Numbered from the stretch's first letter, positions 29,225 through 39,926 are shown. The stretch is DNA of 64,000 bases from Pseudomonadota bacterium (GCA_039029455.1 JBCCGE010000002.1:38066-102065); one strand, 5' to 3'. The notes: generated by a model from the letters alone, not told the origin. A program made the numbers and translations.

Positions 29225-30206
29225 CCGATCTACGGATAGTTGTCTGTCTTTTCTGGCGCGAGCACTGAGCGTCATCAGGAATCTGAGTTTGGTCATTCTG
29301 ATTGTTGCGGCATGTTCAGCAAAAGCCGATTACTCTGTGGCTCGAACCCAACTAATTGGCATTGACTCTTTCGATTCTGATCCTGAGCATGACATTAGCG
29401 GCTTGTCCGGGTTGGCGTGGGATTACGATCAACAAATCCTGTGGGCGGTATCAGATCTTGGTTTTGTAGCATCGTTCGAGTTGTTGCCAAACCCGGCGGA
29501 CCCGGTGCGTATCAGATTGGTTGAAAAGTTTCCGCTGAATCTGAAAGACGAGCGCCTGACCGGAAAAAAATGGCTGGATGCAGAAGGTCTTGCCCTTGCC
29601 CGGCATGACAACGGCGTGGCTGGTGATACCGAGTTGATTGTCTCTTTTGAGAGGCGACCTCGGCTCGAGGGGTTCAATGCTCGCGGTGAGTGGACCCGGA
29701 AAATTGAAATTCCGGAGTTTTTTAAAGATGCAGAGAACTATCGGCACTCCAACAATGCGCTGGAATCAGTAACACATCATCCAAAGTTCGGATGGATTCT
29801 CGGTATCGAGTTTCCGTATCAGTCTGAAAACGAGAACCTGCACACTATTTTTACCGCAGATGGTGTGCGTTCGTGGCGTTTCGCGCGCTCCGAGTTGCCC
29901 GGTAGCGCTTTGACAGGGCTGCAGTGGATACAGAGCAGTCGTCTGATAACGCTTGAGAGGGCGTACGTAGATCCGTTACAGCCGTTTTACACAATTCTTC
30001 GAGTTCTGGATCTTGACCAATGTGGAGAGACAGTAACCTGTGAGCCCAAGCCACTGCTGCAATTAAACAGTCATCTTGATGGACCCTTGGACAATTTTGA
30101 GGGAATTGCGAAGATTGATGATTCAAATCTGATATTGGTTAGCGACAACAATGGCAGTGATGTTCAACAAACTTTGTTTATGAGAGTCCAGTTCGAACAC
30201 CGCTAA
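29154..30206 (+). CDS. Phytase-like / esterase-like beta-propeller protein (true start probably downstream)
   Basis: SGLSGLAWD, AVSD, DAEGLA, NNALES, DNFEGI, LVSDNN. Confidence 0.75.
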   Translation: MRVKTRHMRSTVCCSAQQRVRTSNRSTDSCLSFLARALSVIRNLSLVILIVAACSAKADYSVARTQLIGIDSFDSDPEHDISGLSGLAWDYDQQILWAVSDLGFVASFELLPNPADPVRIRLVEKFPLNLKDERLTGKKWLDAEGLALARHDNGVAGDTELIVSFERRPRLEGFNARGEWTRKIEIPEFFKDAENYRHSNNALESVTHHPKFGWILGIEFPYQSENENLHTIFTADGVRSWRFARSELPGSALTGLQWIQSSRLITLERAYVDPLQPFYTILRVLDLDQCGETVTCEPKPLLQLNSHLDGPLDNFEGIAKIDDSNLILVSDNNGSDVQQTLFMRVQFEHR

Positions 30207-30217
30207 ATCGTGAGTGA

Positions 30218-30706
30218 TCAGGCCGGCGGACCCGTTGCAGTAACGGAGGCGGTGCCTTCAAACCCGTGTTGCCTCCATGCTTCATAGACGACGACAGATA
30301 CAGCATTGGACAGATTCAGACTTCGGCTTTGAGGTGTCATTGGGAGATGCAGCCTATGTTGCTCGTGAATACAGGACCGGATTTTTTCGGGCAGCCCGCT
30401 GCCTTCTGAGCCGAATACCAGAGCGTCATTTTTAAGGAATCTGAATGCGCTATACGGGGTACTGTGTCGGGTGGAAAAACTCAGTATTCGACCGCTGAAA
30501 TGGTCTGTAAATTCGCTCCATGATTTCCATGATCGTATGTTGGCAAACTCACGGTAGTCCAGACCGGCCCTTCGGAGCGACTTTTCCTGCAGGGTGAACC
30601 CGAGAGGTTCGATAAGATGCAGCTGACAGCCGGTGTTTGCACACAGCCGGATTATGTTACCGGTGTTCGGCGGAATCTCTGGATGAACAAGGACAACAGA
30701 AAACAT
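30218..30706 (-). CDS. trmL: tRNA (cytidine(34)-2'-O)-methyltransferase
   Basis: [30 protein letters not shown]. Confidence 0.95.
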   Translation of the reverse strand: MFSVVLVHPEIPPNTGNIIRLCANTGCQLHLIEPLGFTLQEKSLRRAGLDYREFANIRSWKSWSEFTDHFSGRILSFSTRHSTPYSAFRFLKNDALVFGSEGSGLPEKIRSCIHEQHRLHLPMTPQSRSLNLSNAVSVVVYEAWRQHGFEGTASVTATGPPA

Positions 30707-30721
30707 CGCATGAGTCCGAGT

Positions 30722-31135
30722 TCAGAATGGTTTTACAACCACAAGAATGACGATGCCTACCAACAAAAGCACGGGCGCTTCGTTCATCCAGCGATAGAAT
30801 ATATGGCTTCTGACATTGGCATCCCGTCTGAATCGCACCAGAGCAAAGTAACACCAGATGTGATAGACAATCAGCAGAAATACCAGCGCAAGCTTCCAAA
30901 CCAGCCACCGCCCTGAAAATCCGTAACCGATCCAAAGCCACATGCCGAGGACGACAGTAACGATCGCGCCGGGTGTCATGATTCCGAAAAAAAGCTTGCG
31001 TTCCATAACCTTAAATCGCTCCTTACTGATCTCATCTTCAGCCTGCGCATGGTACACGTAGAGTCTCGGCAAATAAAAAATCCCCGCCATCCAGGTGACC
31101 ATTGAGATGATGTGGAACGCCTTAATCCAGAGCAT
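30722..31135 (-). CDS. hemJ: Protoporphyrinogen oxidase HemJ
   Basis: WIKAFHII, YLPRLYVYHA, MERKL, NEAP, VVVKPF. Confidence 0.92.
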   Translation of the reverse strand: MLWIKAFHIISMVTWMAGIFYLPRLYVYHAQAEDEISKERFKVMERKLFFGIMTPGAIVTVVLGMWLWIGYGFSGRWLVWKLALVFLLIVYHIWCYFALVRFRRDANVRSHIFYRWMNEAPVLLLVGIVILVVVKPF

Positions 31136-31262
31136 TGGTTTGGAAATGTGCTTTTGTTCGTATTTTACGCCTATCACACTCGCCAGATCACAATGACTAT
31201 AGATGGTACATAGACCGCATGCGGGATGATGCCTTAGTATCGCGTCGTCTGGTATTCATTGT

Positions 31263-33371
31263 ATGGTCATCGAATTCTCGCAAGCAGAACTGGCGCGCGG
31301 ACTGCGCCTTATTCTCGGACCGGTTCTGTCCTCGGAGCGCGGGATCGATCATATCGCCACTTCCTGGGCGAATCTGAAGCGGAAAGACCAGGAATTCTGC
31401 ATTCGGTGGACCAACGCCATCGCCAAATCCAACTATGAACTCGGATTGCATTTTGCCGAATCCGCGTCCGACGCACTCGGCAAAATGGACGACGACACAG
31501 CACATCTGTGGGCGCAGTATATTCTGGCCCGATACGATGAGGCAGGAAGAACTGGCGGTACCCACGCGATTGACTGCAAGGGTGATTTTGTCACCGAGAT
31601 GCAGGCGCGGAAAGTCAGGGTATGTCTGAGCGAAATTCAGTCCGTTTTTGAAACCGTTTTGCAGGGGATGTCGGGTCGGGAGCTGACATTGCGACCAGGG
31701 GACAAAGCATGGACAGACTCAGTAAATATTTTTCTGCCAAAGGAAATTGAGCGATTTGGCAGCGCTGAACACAACTACAGCCTGTACAAAATCAGTGCGG
31801 TCATGGTGTGGGCACAGATTCGTTTTGGAACCTTTCGCAGGCGCGATATTGACGAACCGCATCTGGAAGATCGCCTGCGCAATATTTCAGCAACACAAAA
31901 TGCTCAGCAGTGGTTTGTGTGTGTCGAAAACTACCGGTTAAGACACCGGGTGCTTGAGGAATTTCCAGGTCTTGAGCGTGATATGAATTTGCTTGAGAAA
32001 CTCACTGACACGCATATCTGGACGCTACCGAAACAGATTAAGACACCGTCATCCGATGTGGAAGATACACTGGACGTGGTGCTTGAACATCTGGAACAGT
32101 CCGTTCCTGCAAGCCCACCCTATTTTGCTGACTTCGATCTGACTGCAACACGACAGCGGGCCGAGGAGCGTCTGGATGAAGAGAAGGAGCAACTTAAGGT
32201 TGCGCTGGGCGAGTTACTGGAGGCAGAAGTTTCAACGGCAGATAAAGAGGTCGATGTAGGTAAGCTGAATTTTGAAATTAAAAAATATGACCGGGACAAG
32301 GACCACAGTCCTGAGCTGCAGCTGGACGGTGAGACGATTCAGGCCAGCGAGAAAGTGGAGCAGCTACTTAAGTCGATGCTTTTGGATCTGGATAACCTGC
32401 CCTCTGACTGGCTCGATGCTGGCGGAAAGGGGGATTACGGCGACAGCGACCAGGACAATTCTCGCCAGGATGGGCACTGGCTGCCGCAAAGCGAGCGCGA
32501 CGGTGTGGCGCTGTATGACGAATGGGATTTTCGCCGCAAAGGCTTTAGACAAAATTGGTGCGCCGTTTTTGAACGGCCGGGACCCGAGGCAGACTCCGAT
32601 TTTGTCGACGATACTTTGGCCGAGTATTCTTCGTTGGTGAAAGATATTCGTCGCCAGTTTGAAGCCATTCGCGGGGCAAATACGAAACTCAAAGCCCAGG
32701 CGGATGGCGACGATGTGGATTTTGATGCGCTTGTAGACGCTTATGCCGATATGCGCCTGGGCAGTGAAATGAGTGAGCTACTGTTTACCCAGACTCAGAA
32801 TAAAGACAGAAGCCTCTCTGTTGCGTTTATGGTTGATGTCAGCGGATCGACGAAAGGATGGATCAATGACGCCGAACGGCAGAGTCTGGTTCTGCTCTGC
32901 GAGGCCTTGAATCGACTGGGTGATCAATACGCAATCTACGGGTTTTCCGGAATGACCAGAAACCGCTGTGATGTTTTCGAAGTCAAGAGATTTGACCAAC
33001 TCTACAACGAAACGGTCAGACGGCGGATCAGCGGCCTGTCACCGCAGGATTACACACGCATGGGTCCGGCGATTCGACATCTCTGCGACAAGCTCGTGAA
33101 TGAGGAAAGCAAAACCCGTCTTCTGATCACCCTTTCCGATGGAAAGCCGGATGACTACGATGGTTATCGGGGACAATATGGCATAGAGGACACCCGGCAC
33201 GCCTTACTTGAGGCACGTAGTATGGGTATTCACGCGTTCTGCATCACAATCGATAAGCAGGCTGGCGACTACCTGCCCTATATGTATGGACCGGCCAGTT
33301 TTGTGCTTGTCGATGATGTGCGCAAATTGCCTCATAAAGTGGTCGACGTGTACCGACGGCTGACGACCTGA
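31263..33371 (+). CDS. CbbO/NorD-type VWA-domain adaptor protein
   Basis: YDEWDF, DGDDVDFDA, MIDAS DVSGS, YTRMGPAIRH, LSDGKPDD..Y.G.YGIEDT, C-terminal YRRLTT. Confidence 0.85.
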   Translation: MVIEFSQAELARGLRLILGPVLSSERGIDHIATSWANLKRKDQEFCIRWTNAIAKSNYELGLHFAESASDALGKMDDDTAHLWAQYILARYDEAGRTGGTHAIDCKGDFVTEMQARKVRVCLSEIQSVFETVLQGMSGRELTLRPGDKAWTDSVNIFLPKEIERFGSAEHNYSLYKISAVMVWAQIRFGTFRRRDIDEPHLEDRLRNISATQNAQQWFVCVENYRLRHRVLEEFPGLERDMNLLEKLTDTHIWTLPKQIKTPSSDVEDTLDVVLEHLEQSVPASPPYFADFDLTATRQRAEERLDEEKEQLKVALGELLEAEVSTADKEVDVGKLNFEIKKYDRDKDHSPELQLDGETIQASEKVEQLLKSMLLDLDNLPSDWLDAGGKGDYGDSDQDNSRQDGHWLPQSERDGVALYDEWDFRRKGFRQNWCAVFERPGPEADSDFVDDTLAEYSSLVKDIRRQFEAIRGANTKLKAQADGDDVDFDALVDAYADMRLGSEMSELLFTQTQNKDRSLSVAFMVDVSGSTKGWINDAERQSLVLLCEALNRLGDQYAIYGFSGMTRNRCDVFEVKRFDQLYNETVRRRISGLSPQDYTRMGPAIRHLCDKLVNEESKTRLLITLSDGKPDDYDGYRGQYGIEDTRHALLEARSMGIHAFCITIDKQAGDYLPYMYGPASFVLVDDVRKLPHKVVDVYRRLTT

Positions 33372-33413
33372 CAAAGTGAACAGTCTGAATCGATACTATA
33401 ATCGCGGGAACGT

Positions 33414-34685
33414 TTGCTCACGGCGTACGCTATTAAGGTGTTTTTCAAATCTCCCCCTATCTTTGCATTGCTTTTGGTGTGCGGCGCTTCAGGTACGGTA
33501 TTCGCGAATGAACTGACTCGCTCAGAAGCCGAGCTGGACGCTCTCAAAGGGTCAATCAAAGCGCTAAACAAACAGCTTGACCAGGAGAGAAAGGAAGAGC
33601 AGTCGATCAGTGCTGATTTGGATCGAATTGAGATTGAAATGGCCTCATTGGCGAAAACAATTGTAAAGGGGGAGCGCACACTGGATTCACTGCAATCTGA
33701 ACAAAAACGGTTGAATGAAAGGAATGTGGAACTTCAGTCGAGTTCCCTGAAAGCGCGGCAGAGTCTTGCTGAGTTGATCAAATCGAGTTTTTTGCTTGGA
33801 CGGGAAGGTGGACTAAAGCTGGTTCTCAACCAGGGTAATCCGGCGGAGTCCGGACGCCAGCTGGCGATCTACCGATATCTTATGGAGGCCCGAGATGATC
33901 AACTGACAGATATTCAGGATGAACTATCAGCACTTAAACAACTGCACGCCGAACTCTCGGAAAACCGCAGTCGGATTCAAAATGAGAACAATTCACTGAA
34001 AGAGCAGCGGGAATCGCTGGCGGATCGGGAAAAATCGCGACAAAGAGCATTGTCGAAGGTTATCGAATCCATTGAGGAAGGCGAGTCCCAGGCGAAACTG
34101 TACGCCAGAAAGGAAAAAAATCTGGTCAAGCTTCTGCAAAAACTTAAGCGCAGAAAATCTGAGGCCGATCGAGCGGCCACTTCATTAACACAGATTCGTA
34201 GTGGGGACGAAAAGCAAACGGTTGCAGAAACTGGTTCACCGACCCCTGCGCCAAAAAAAGCGGTAAAAAATGAACCTGTCCTGCTGTCGGGGTTCAAAAA
34301 GAACAGAGGGCGCTTGCAGCTGCCGGTTCGCGGAAAAATCATTGCCAGATTTGGTCAAAAGAAGCCCGAGAGCGGACTGCGCTGGGAGGGCTTAATGTTC
34401 AGATCTGAGAGTAAGAGGCAGGTCGAGGCAATTTATCCGGGACAGGTTGTTTACGCGGACTGGTTTCATGGCTACGGTCAGCTTCTGGTGCTGGATCACG
34501 GGGAGGGTTATATGAGTCTGTACGGCCACAATGACCGGCTGCATACCGAGATTGGTGATGTGGTCGCGGCAGGACAGGTTGTTGCGCAGGCTGGCACCAG
34601 CGGCGGCTTGCGCAACCCGGGCCTGTATTTTGAAATCCGACGGAACGGTGAACCCGATGATCCGCTAGAATGGTGTCGAATCTGA
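33414..34685 (+). CDS. envC: Murein hydrolase activator EnvC
   Basis: Signal, long coiled coil, degenerate M23 domain (WEGL, SLYGHN, LYFEIR); upstream of ctpA. Confidence 0.88.
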   Translation: MLTAYAIKVFFKSPPIFALLLVCGASGTVFANELTRSEAELDALKGSIKALNKQLDQERKEEQSISADLDRIEIEMASLAKTIVKGERTLDSLQSEQKRLNERNVELQSSSLKARQSLAELIKSSFLLGREGGLKLVLNQGNPAESGRQLAIYRYLMEARDDQLTDIQDELSALKQLHAELSENRSRIQNENNSLKEQRESLADREKSRQRALSKVIESIEEGESQAKLYARKEKNLVKLLQKLKRRKSEADRAATSLTQIRSGDEKQTVAETGSPTPAPKKAVKNEPVLLSGFKKNRGRLQLPVRGKIIARFGQKKPESGLRWEGLMFRSESKRQVEAIYPGQVVYADWFHGYGQLLVLDHGEGYMSLYGHNDRLHTEIGDVVAAGQVVAQAGTSGGLRNPGLYFEIRRNGEPDDPLEWCRI

Positions 34686-34755
34686 CGTTTATTTCAACAG
34701 CCCCGATTAAAATTCCGAATAAGCCTGACAGTATTGAGATATTGCGTAAATTGGT

Positions 34756-36096
34756 ATGCGAGAAAATTTGAGAAAAAACATGAATCCGATTGTTGTATGG
34801 GCAGGCGTTGTGATCGTTCTGCTGGCATCGCATCCGGGGTATGTGGGTGCACAGTCGGAATCTGATTCCAGCCTTCCGCTGGAGGATCTGCAGGTATTCG
34901 CAGAAATTTTTGGCAAGATCAAGGAAGACTATGTGGATCCATCCGATGATTCGACCCTACTAAACGATGCGATACGCGGAATGCTTCAGGGTCTCGACCC
35001 GCACTCTGCATATCTGCGGCCTGATGCCTATTCCGACATCAGGGAATCAACAGAAGGGAAATTTGGAGGGCTCGGCATTGAGGTTACCACTGAGGACGGA
35101 TTCATCAAAGTTGTTGCGCCAATCGATGATACGCCCGCTTACGATGCCGGACTGAAGCCCAATGACATCATTGTGATGCTCGATGACAAGCCGGTTAGGG
35201 GAATCGGGTTGCGCGCGGCTGTGGAAAGTATGCGCGGGCCACCCGGAACGCCAATCAAGCTGACTATCGCCCGAGAGGGTATAGCAGAACCGTTTGAAGT
35301 GACCCTCGTGCGTGCGGTAATCCGGGTAACAAGCGTTCGCAGTGAAGAGTTCCCCGACGGTTTTGCCTACATCAGGATTTCCAGTTTTCAAAGCCGCACT
35401 GCGGCTAATCTGGAGAACCGGCTCGAAGAAATGCAGGAGAATATGCCTGATGGAATTCATGGCCTGGTCCTGGATCTCCGAAACAATCCCGGCGGTGTCC
35501 TCAGGGGTGCAGTCGAAGTAAGTGATCTGTTTCTGGCATCGGGTCCGATTGTATCGACGCGAGGGCGAAATGAAGACAATCAAAGCAGTTATCTCGCCAA
35601 GTCGGGCGATGTTCTCGACGATGCGCCGATTGTGGTTTTGGTCAATGGCGGTTCGGCTTCTGCTTCTGAAATTGTTGCGGGTGCGCTGCAGGATCACAAA
35701 CGCGCCATTATTCTGGGTACCAAGACTTTTGGAAAAGGCTCAGTGCAGACAGTCATTCCGATGAATAATGGAGCGGCCCTTAAAATGACAACGGCTCGCT
35801 ACTACACGCCGTCAAATCGTTCCATTCAGGCCACCGGAATTATTCCGGATATCGAAGTGGAACAGCTCGAGCTCCGCACTGATGACGGTTCCTCGCGGCA
35901 AGTACGCGAATCCGACCTCGCCGGGCATCTGGAAAATGACGCGGGCGATGACGACGATTCCGCCACTGATGTCAGCTCAGAGAGTAATCTGGAGAAGCGA
36001 TTGCAAAGCGATTTTCAGCTGCGGGAAGCCGTCAATCTGCTCAAAGGCATGAGCCTGGTTAAACGCAGAAGTGAATTCGAACCCGACGAAGGTTAG
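34756..36096 (+). CDS. ctpA: Carboxy-terminal processing protease (S41)
   Basis: LDPHS, GLGIEV (PDZ), DLRNNPGG, SASASEIVAGALQD, FGKGSVQ. Confidence 0.93.
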   Translation: MRENLRKNMNPIVVWAGVVIVLLASHPGYVGAQSESDSSLPLEDLQVFAEIFGKIKEDYVDPSDDSTLLNDAIRGMLQGLDPHSAYLRPDAYSDIRESTEGKFGGLGIEVTTEDGFIKVVAPIDDTPAYDAGLKPNDIIVMLDDKPVRGIGLRAAVESMRGPPGTPIKLTIAREGIAEPFEVTLVRAVIRVTSVRSEEFPDGFAYIRISSFQSRTAANLENRLEEMQENMPDGIHGLVLDLRNNPGGVLRGAVEVSDLFLASGPIVSTRGRNEDNQSSYLAKSGDVLDDAPIVVLVNGGSASASEIVAGALQDHKRAIILGTKTFGKGSVQTVIPMNNGAALKMTTARYYTPSNRSIQATGIIPDIEVEQLELRTDDGSSRQVRESDLAGHLENDAGDDDDSATDVSSESNLEKRLQSDFQLREAVNLLKGMSLVKRRSEFEPDEG

Positions 36097-36184
36097 ACAT
36101 TCATATTCAGCAGCCGTGGTTTCCATTAGCCGGATATCGCGGCCAGCACTATCGCACTGTAGCTAACGCCCGGCGGAATCCGCA

Positions 36185-36439
36185 TCAGCTGTTTCGGCTC
36201 TCTCTGTCACGCCACTTTCGAAACCAGACGATTAACGTCAGGTATCCACGTCTTGCCCATGGAAAGTCGATGGACAGAACCAGCAAACCAAGCGGCAGCA
36301 TCCAAAGGCCCAGTATTGGCAGGAACCACAGCAAGCCGCCAAGCAACAGCAGCACGCCCAGAATCTGACGGACAATAGGGGGCATCCGCCGGAGTTTGCC
36401 AGCGACGTCTTTGAGTCGTCGGTTCAATCGTTGAGTCAC
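36185..36439 (-). CDS. Small hydrophobic membrane protein, unknown function
   Basis: GVLLLLGGLLWFLPILGLWMLPLGLLVLS.DFPWARR helical hairpin with basic flanks. Confidence 0.65.
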   Translation of the reverse strand: MTQRLNRRLKDVAGKLRRMPPIVRQILGVLLLLGGLLWFLPILGLWMLPLGLLVLSIDFPWARRGYLTLIVWFRKWRDRESRNS

Positions 36440-36536
36440 GATTTCTTAGTCCGCAAATATTGTTGGAAGACAGCAATTCTGCTGTTCCGGTTCAAGTGTA
36501 TACTCACCGCCAATACGAATTTTCGTTGTTTTTCTC

Positions 36537-37382
36537 TTGATACTTCCTTTCACCAAAATGCAGTCCCTCGGCAACGATTTCGTTGTTATCGACGGCATCG
36601 GCAATCGTGTCCCGGTTGGCAAAGATTTTGCTGCCCGGATTGCGGATCGGAGATTCGGGATTGGCTGCGACCAGATTCTATTGGTTGAAGAAGGCGACCA
36701 CAATGCGGATTTTAAATTTCGTATTTTTAATCAGGACGGGTCAGAAGTCGGGCAATGCGGTAACGGTGCGAGGTGTTTCGCCAGGTACGTTGTTGATAAC
36801 AACCTGTGGCATCGCGATACGATGACCGCAAAGACGTTGACGACGTCGATCCGAATGGTGCTCGAAGACGACGGAACGGTGTCCGTGGATATGGGAGCAC
36901 CTGTATTTGATCCGGATTCAATTCCTTTGAATGCGGACAATGAACAAACCGGATATGATTTTGTATCGACTCAGGGGTCGGTTAAATTCGGTGCCGTCTC
37001 GATGGGAAATCCTCATGCGGTTATCGAGGTGGAAGACGTTGGCACCGCACCGGTGGGGAGGCTGGGCGCGGAACTTCAGCAGTCCTCGATATTCCCTGAA
37101 AGTGTCAATGTTGGGTTTATGGCGATGCAGTCCAGGAACTGCATAGATTTGCGAGTGTTTGAGCGTGGCGTGGGTGAAACCATGGGATGTGGCAGTGGGG
37201 CATGCGCTGCGGTGGTATACGGTATCTCAACTGGAAAGCTCTCGCCCTCGGTGACAGTGAATTTACCCGGTGGAGCGGCTGTGGTCAGCTGGGACGGGCG
37301 TGGCAGTGCGGTCACCCTCCGCGGATCTGCGGAAACCGTATTCGAGGGTGAAATCGATGTCTCTGAATTTGCGGCATCCTGA
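36537..37382 (+). CDS. dapF: Diaminopimelate epimerase
   Basis: KMQSLGNDF, CGNGARC, SMGNPHAV, ERGVGETMGCGSGAC. Confidence 0.96.
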   Translation: MILPFTKMQSLGNDFVVIDGIGNRVPVGKDFAARIADRRFGIGCDQILLVEEGDHNADFKFRIFNQDGSEVGQCGNGARCFARYVVDNNLWHRDTMTAKTLTTSIRMVLEDDGTVSVDMGAPVFDPDSIPLNADNEQTGYDFVSTQGSVKFGAVSMGNPHAVIEVEDVGTAPVGRLGAELQQSSIFPESVNVGFMAMQSRNCIDLRVFERGVGETMGCGSGACAAVVYGISTGKLSPSVTVNLPGGAAVVSWDGRGSAVTLRGSAETVFEGEIDVSEFAAS

Positions 37383-37445
37383 AACGGTATAATGCCAAAA
37401 CCCCAATAGCCTGCTTCATTGCATTTGCAGATTGATGAAATCGTC

Positions 37446-38093
37446 ATGACTAAAGCCGACGACGTTGAACGTTTTCTAAAATCGAATCCGGACTTTTTGA
37501 GTCAGCGTCCTGAGCTTATGGCGGCTTTGGATCTGGGGGAACTGCACTCTGACAACCTATTCGAGCAACGAAAAATTGACGTTATGCGTGCCCGCGAAGT
37601 CGTCCAGCAGCGTCGTGTTGAGGCCATGGTTGAAAACGTCGAGAGCAACCAGCAGCTCGAACGGATGCTCCACAGTCTCGCGGTAGAGCTGCTGTCTGCA
37701 GTTAGCAACCACTCTTCGTCTGCAGAGTCCGATCGACAGCTTGATGCTGAAGAAAAAGTGCGGCAGCAATTCGGTCTGCATCATGTTCGAATCCTGCTCC
37801 GAAAAGATGCGTCGTCGCTCGAACAGGGAATTGAATATCCACTCCTTGAAAAAAGAGTATCCCATTTGAGCAGTGTCTGTGACGACCGTGCTCCCAGTCG
37901 ACTTTTGAGGTCACTGTTTCTTGACTCAGGGGCCGACATCGGCTCCTGTGCATTTGTACCTCTGGTGGCATCTCACAAGCTCATTGGTGTGCTAGCCATT
38001 GGTGATCAATCGCCGGACCGATTTAAACCAGGTATGGGGAACATAATTCTCGATCGACTGGGCGAACTGATTGGTTCCTATTTCGGGCAGTAA
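37446..38093 (+). CDS. DUF484 (YigA) family protein
   Basis: FL..NPDF...PEL, GSCAFVPL, RFKPGMG; canonical dapF-yigA-xerC order. Confidence 0.8.
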   Translation: MTKADDVERFLKSNPDFLSQRPELMAALDLGELHSDNLFEQRKIDVMRAREVVQQRRVEAMVENVESNQQLERMLHSLAVELLSAVSNHSSSAESDRQLDAEEKVRQQFGLHHVRILLRKDASSLEQGIEYPLLEKRVSHLSSVCDDRAPSRLLRSLFLDSGADIGSCAFVPLVASHKLIGVLAIGDQSPDRFKPGMGNIILDRLGELIGSYFGQ

Positions 38094-38105
38094 GGGCCTG
38101 CGCGC

Positions 38106-39068
38106 ATGTCTGAATCAAATACGGCAGATCTCAAACTATGGCGGGTCCGCTTTAATGATCACCTTAGCCGTGAGCGACGTTGTTCGAAACATACCGCTCA
38201 GGCCTACATGAGAGACCTGCAGCAATTGCAGAAATTCGTCGAATCAAAAAACGTATTGAGTTGGAACGCTTTGACGGTACAACAGAGTCGACTGTTCGCC
38301 GCCTGGTTGCATCAGACCGGAAAGTCAGCCAAGTCAATTCAGCGCATGATGTCATCATGCAGGACGTTTTTCCGTTATCTTCAGCGAGAGGGCTGTGCAG
38401 AACTTAATCCATTCGAAGCGGTAACCGCGCCCAAAGCCGCTCAAAATCTGCCCAAGACCTTAAGTGTTGATGAGGCCTCACAGCTTTTTCAACGAGGTGA
38501 CAACAGTCCGGCGTCAGTTCGGGATCAGGCGATTCTGGAGCTACTGTATTCGTCCGGACTGCGTCTGTCCGAGCTCGCTGAGCTCAACGTTTCCAGCGTT
38601 GATCACCAGCTTCATCATGTGACCGTTCGGGGTAAAGGCGACAAAGAGCGTGTTGTGCCCGTTGGGCGCAAGGCGCTGGAGGCGCTGGTTGCGTGGGGCA
38701 TGCAACGACCAAAACTGGCCAACCCATCTGAGTCGGCACTGTTCGTAAACCAGAAAGGTAACCGTCTGAGCCCTCGGGGAATTCAGTACCGCATCAATGA
38801 ATGGTCCCGCCGAATAGGGTTGGGTCGGCGGTTGCATCCGCATATGCTCCGGCATTCGTTCGCCAGTCACGTTCTTCAGTCCAGCGGTGATCTCAGGGCT
38901 GTGCAGGAAATGCTTGGACACGCCGATGTGGCGACTACCCAAATTTACACTCATCTCGATTTTCAACACCTGGCAAAAGTCTACGACAAGGCTCATCCCC
39001 GGGCTCTGCAAACAACCGAAGATTCTCAATTGCCACCCGATCAGAATCAGGAAAAACTTGATCAATAG
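38106..39068 (+). CDS. xerC: Tyrosine recombinase XerC
   Basis: LYSSGLRLSEL, GKGDKER, HPHMLRHSFASH, QEMLGHA, TTQIYTHLDFQHL. Confidence 0.94.
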   Translation: MSESNTADLKLWRVRFNDHLSRERRCSKHTAQAYMRDLQQLQKFVESKNVLSWNALTVQQSRLFAAWLHQTGKSAKSIQRMMSSCRTFFRYLQREGCAELNPFEAVTAPKAAQNLPKTLSVDEASQLFQRGDNSPASVRDQAILELLYSSGLRLSELAELNVSSVDHQLHHVTVRGKGDKERVVPVGRKALEALVAWGMQRPKLANPSESALFVNQKGNRLSPRGIQYRINEWSRRIGLGRRLHPHMLRHSFASHVLQSSGDLRAVQEMLGHADVATTQIYTHLDFQHLAKVYDKAHPRALQTTEDSQLPPDQNQEKLDQ

Positions 39069-39080
39069 TCGAACGTAAAG

Positions 39081-39917
39081 ATGTCAGAAGTATCGCAATT
39101 CCCGAAATCCTTTCTTCCAGACTGTATTGTTTGCCCGGCGTGTAAGGGTGAGCTTGTGTTCAGCCCCACGTCTCTGGGCTGCGGCTGCTGTCAAACCAGC
39201 TATCGAGTCAGTGGTAATGTTCCTGTTTTTGCTGAACCGGAGACTGTTTCAGACGACGCATTGGGCAGCATCAATTTTCGCAAACGTTACGAGTGGCAGT
39301 ATCAGGACGCCTCCAGCGCCTCGGCCTACGATCAGTCTTTCCGCGCCAGCGCCAGAAAGCGTCAGCGAACCCGGAGAGAGCTTGCGATCGTTGAAACGTT
39401 GCTGGGGGATCAACAAAAGACCGGCAGACTGCTTGATATTCCATGCGGCGGTGGGCGTCTGAGCGACCCAATCTCCGATGCTTGCGATGAGCTGATTGAA
39501 GCTGACATTGCGCCGGCACAGCTGGCACTGGCGCTGAAGCGGCACGACCAGAGTGGCATATCAACCCGGGTTGAGGGCGTGGTGGCGTCCGCGTTGAATA
39601 TCCCTCTGGCGAACGAATCTGTTGACGGAGTCATATGTGCGCGTCTGTCGCATCATCTGCCGGATTCGACGGAACGGAGGGCGCTGCTTGCTGAATTGCT
39701 CAGAGTCGCGAGATTCTTTGTGATTTTCTCATTTACTGACTTGGCTTCAATTCAGTCGTTGTCGCGCAAACTCAGAGGAAAGTCACTGAATCCCAGCGCG
39801 ATGTCGCAGGACGAGATCGAGCGTATCGTCACATCCGAAGGCGCCCATATAAAGCAGTTCATGACGGTTTCCAACATCGGTCCTCGCCATCGGTTCGTGT
39901 TATTGGAAAAAGTATAG
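39081..39917 (+). CDS. Class I SAM methyltransferase with N-terminal Trm112-like Cys motif
   Basis: CPACKGEL..GCGCC..Y.V...VP; LLDIPCGGGRL; RLSHH. Confidence 0.8.
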   Translation: MSEVSQFPKSFLPDCIVCPACKGELVFSPTSLGCGCCQTSYRVSGNVPVFAEPETVSDDALGSINFRKRYEWQYQDASSASAYDQSFRASARKRQRTRRELAIVETLLGDQQKTGRLLDIPCGGGRLSDPISDACDELIEADIAPAQLALALKRHDQSGISTRVEGVVASALNIPLANESVDGVICARLSHHLPDSTERRALLAELLRVARFFVIFSFTDLASIQSLSRKLRGKSLNPSAMSQDEIERIVTSEGAHIKQFMTVSNIGPRHRFVLLEKV

Positions 39918-39926
39918 GCCACTGAC

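Noticed and set aside
38106-39068. Tyrosine recombinase as a phage or island integrase
   Set aside because: XerC-specific C terminus and canonical dapF-DUF484-xerC context; no att sites or phage genes seen.
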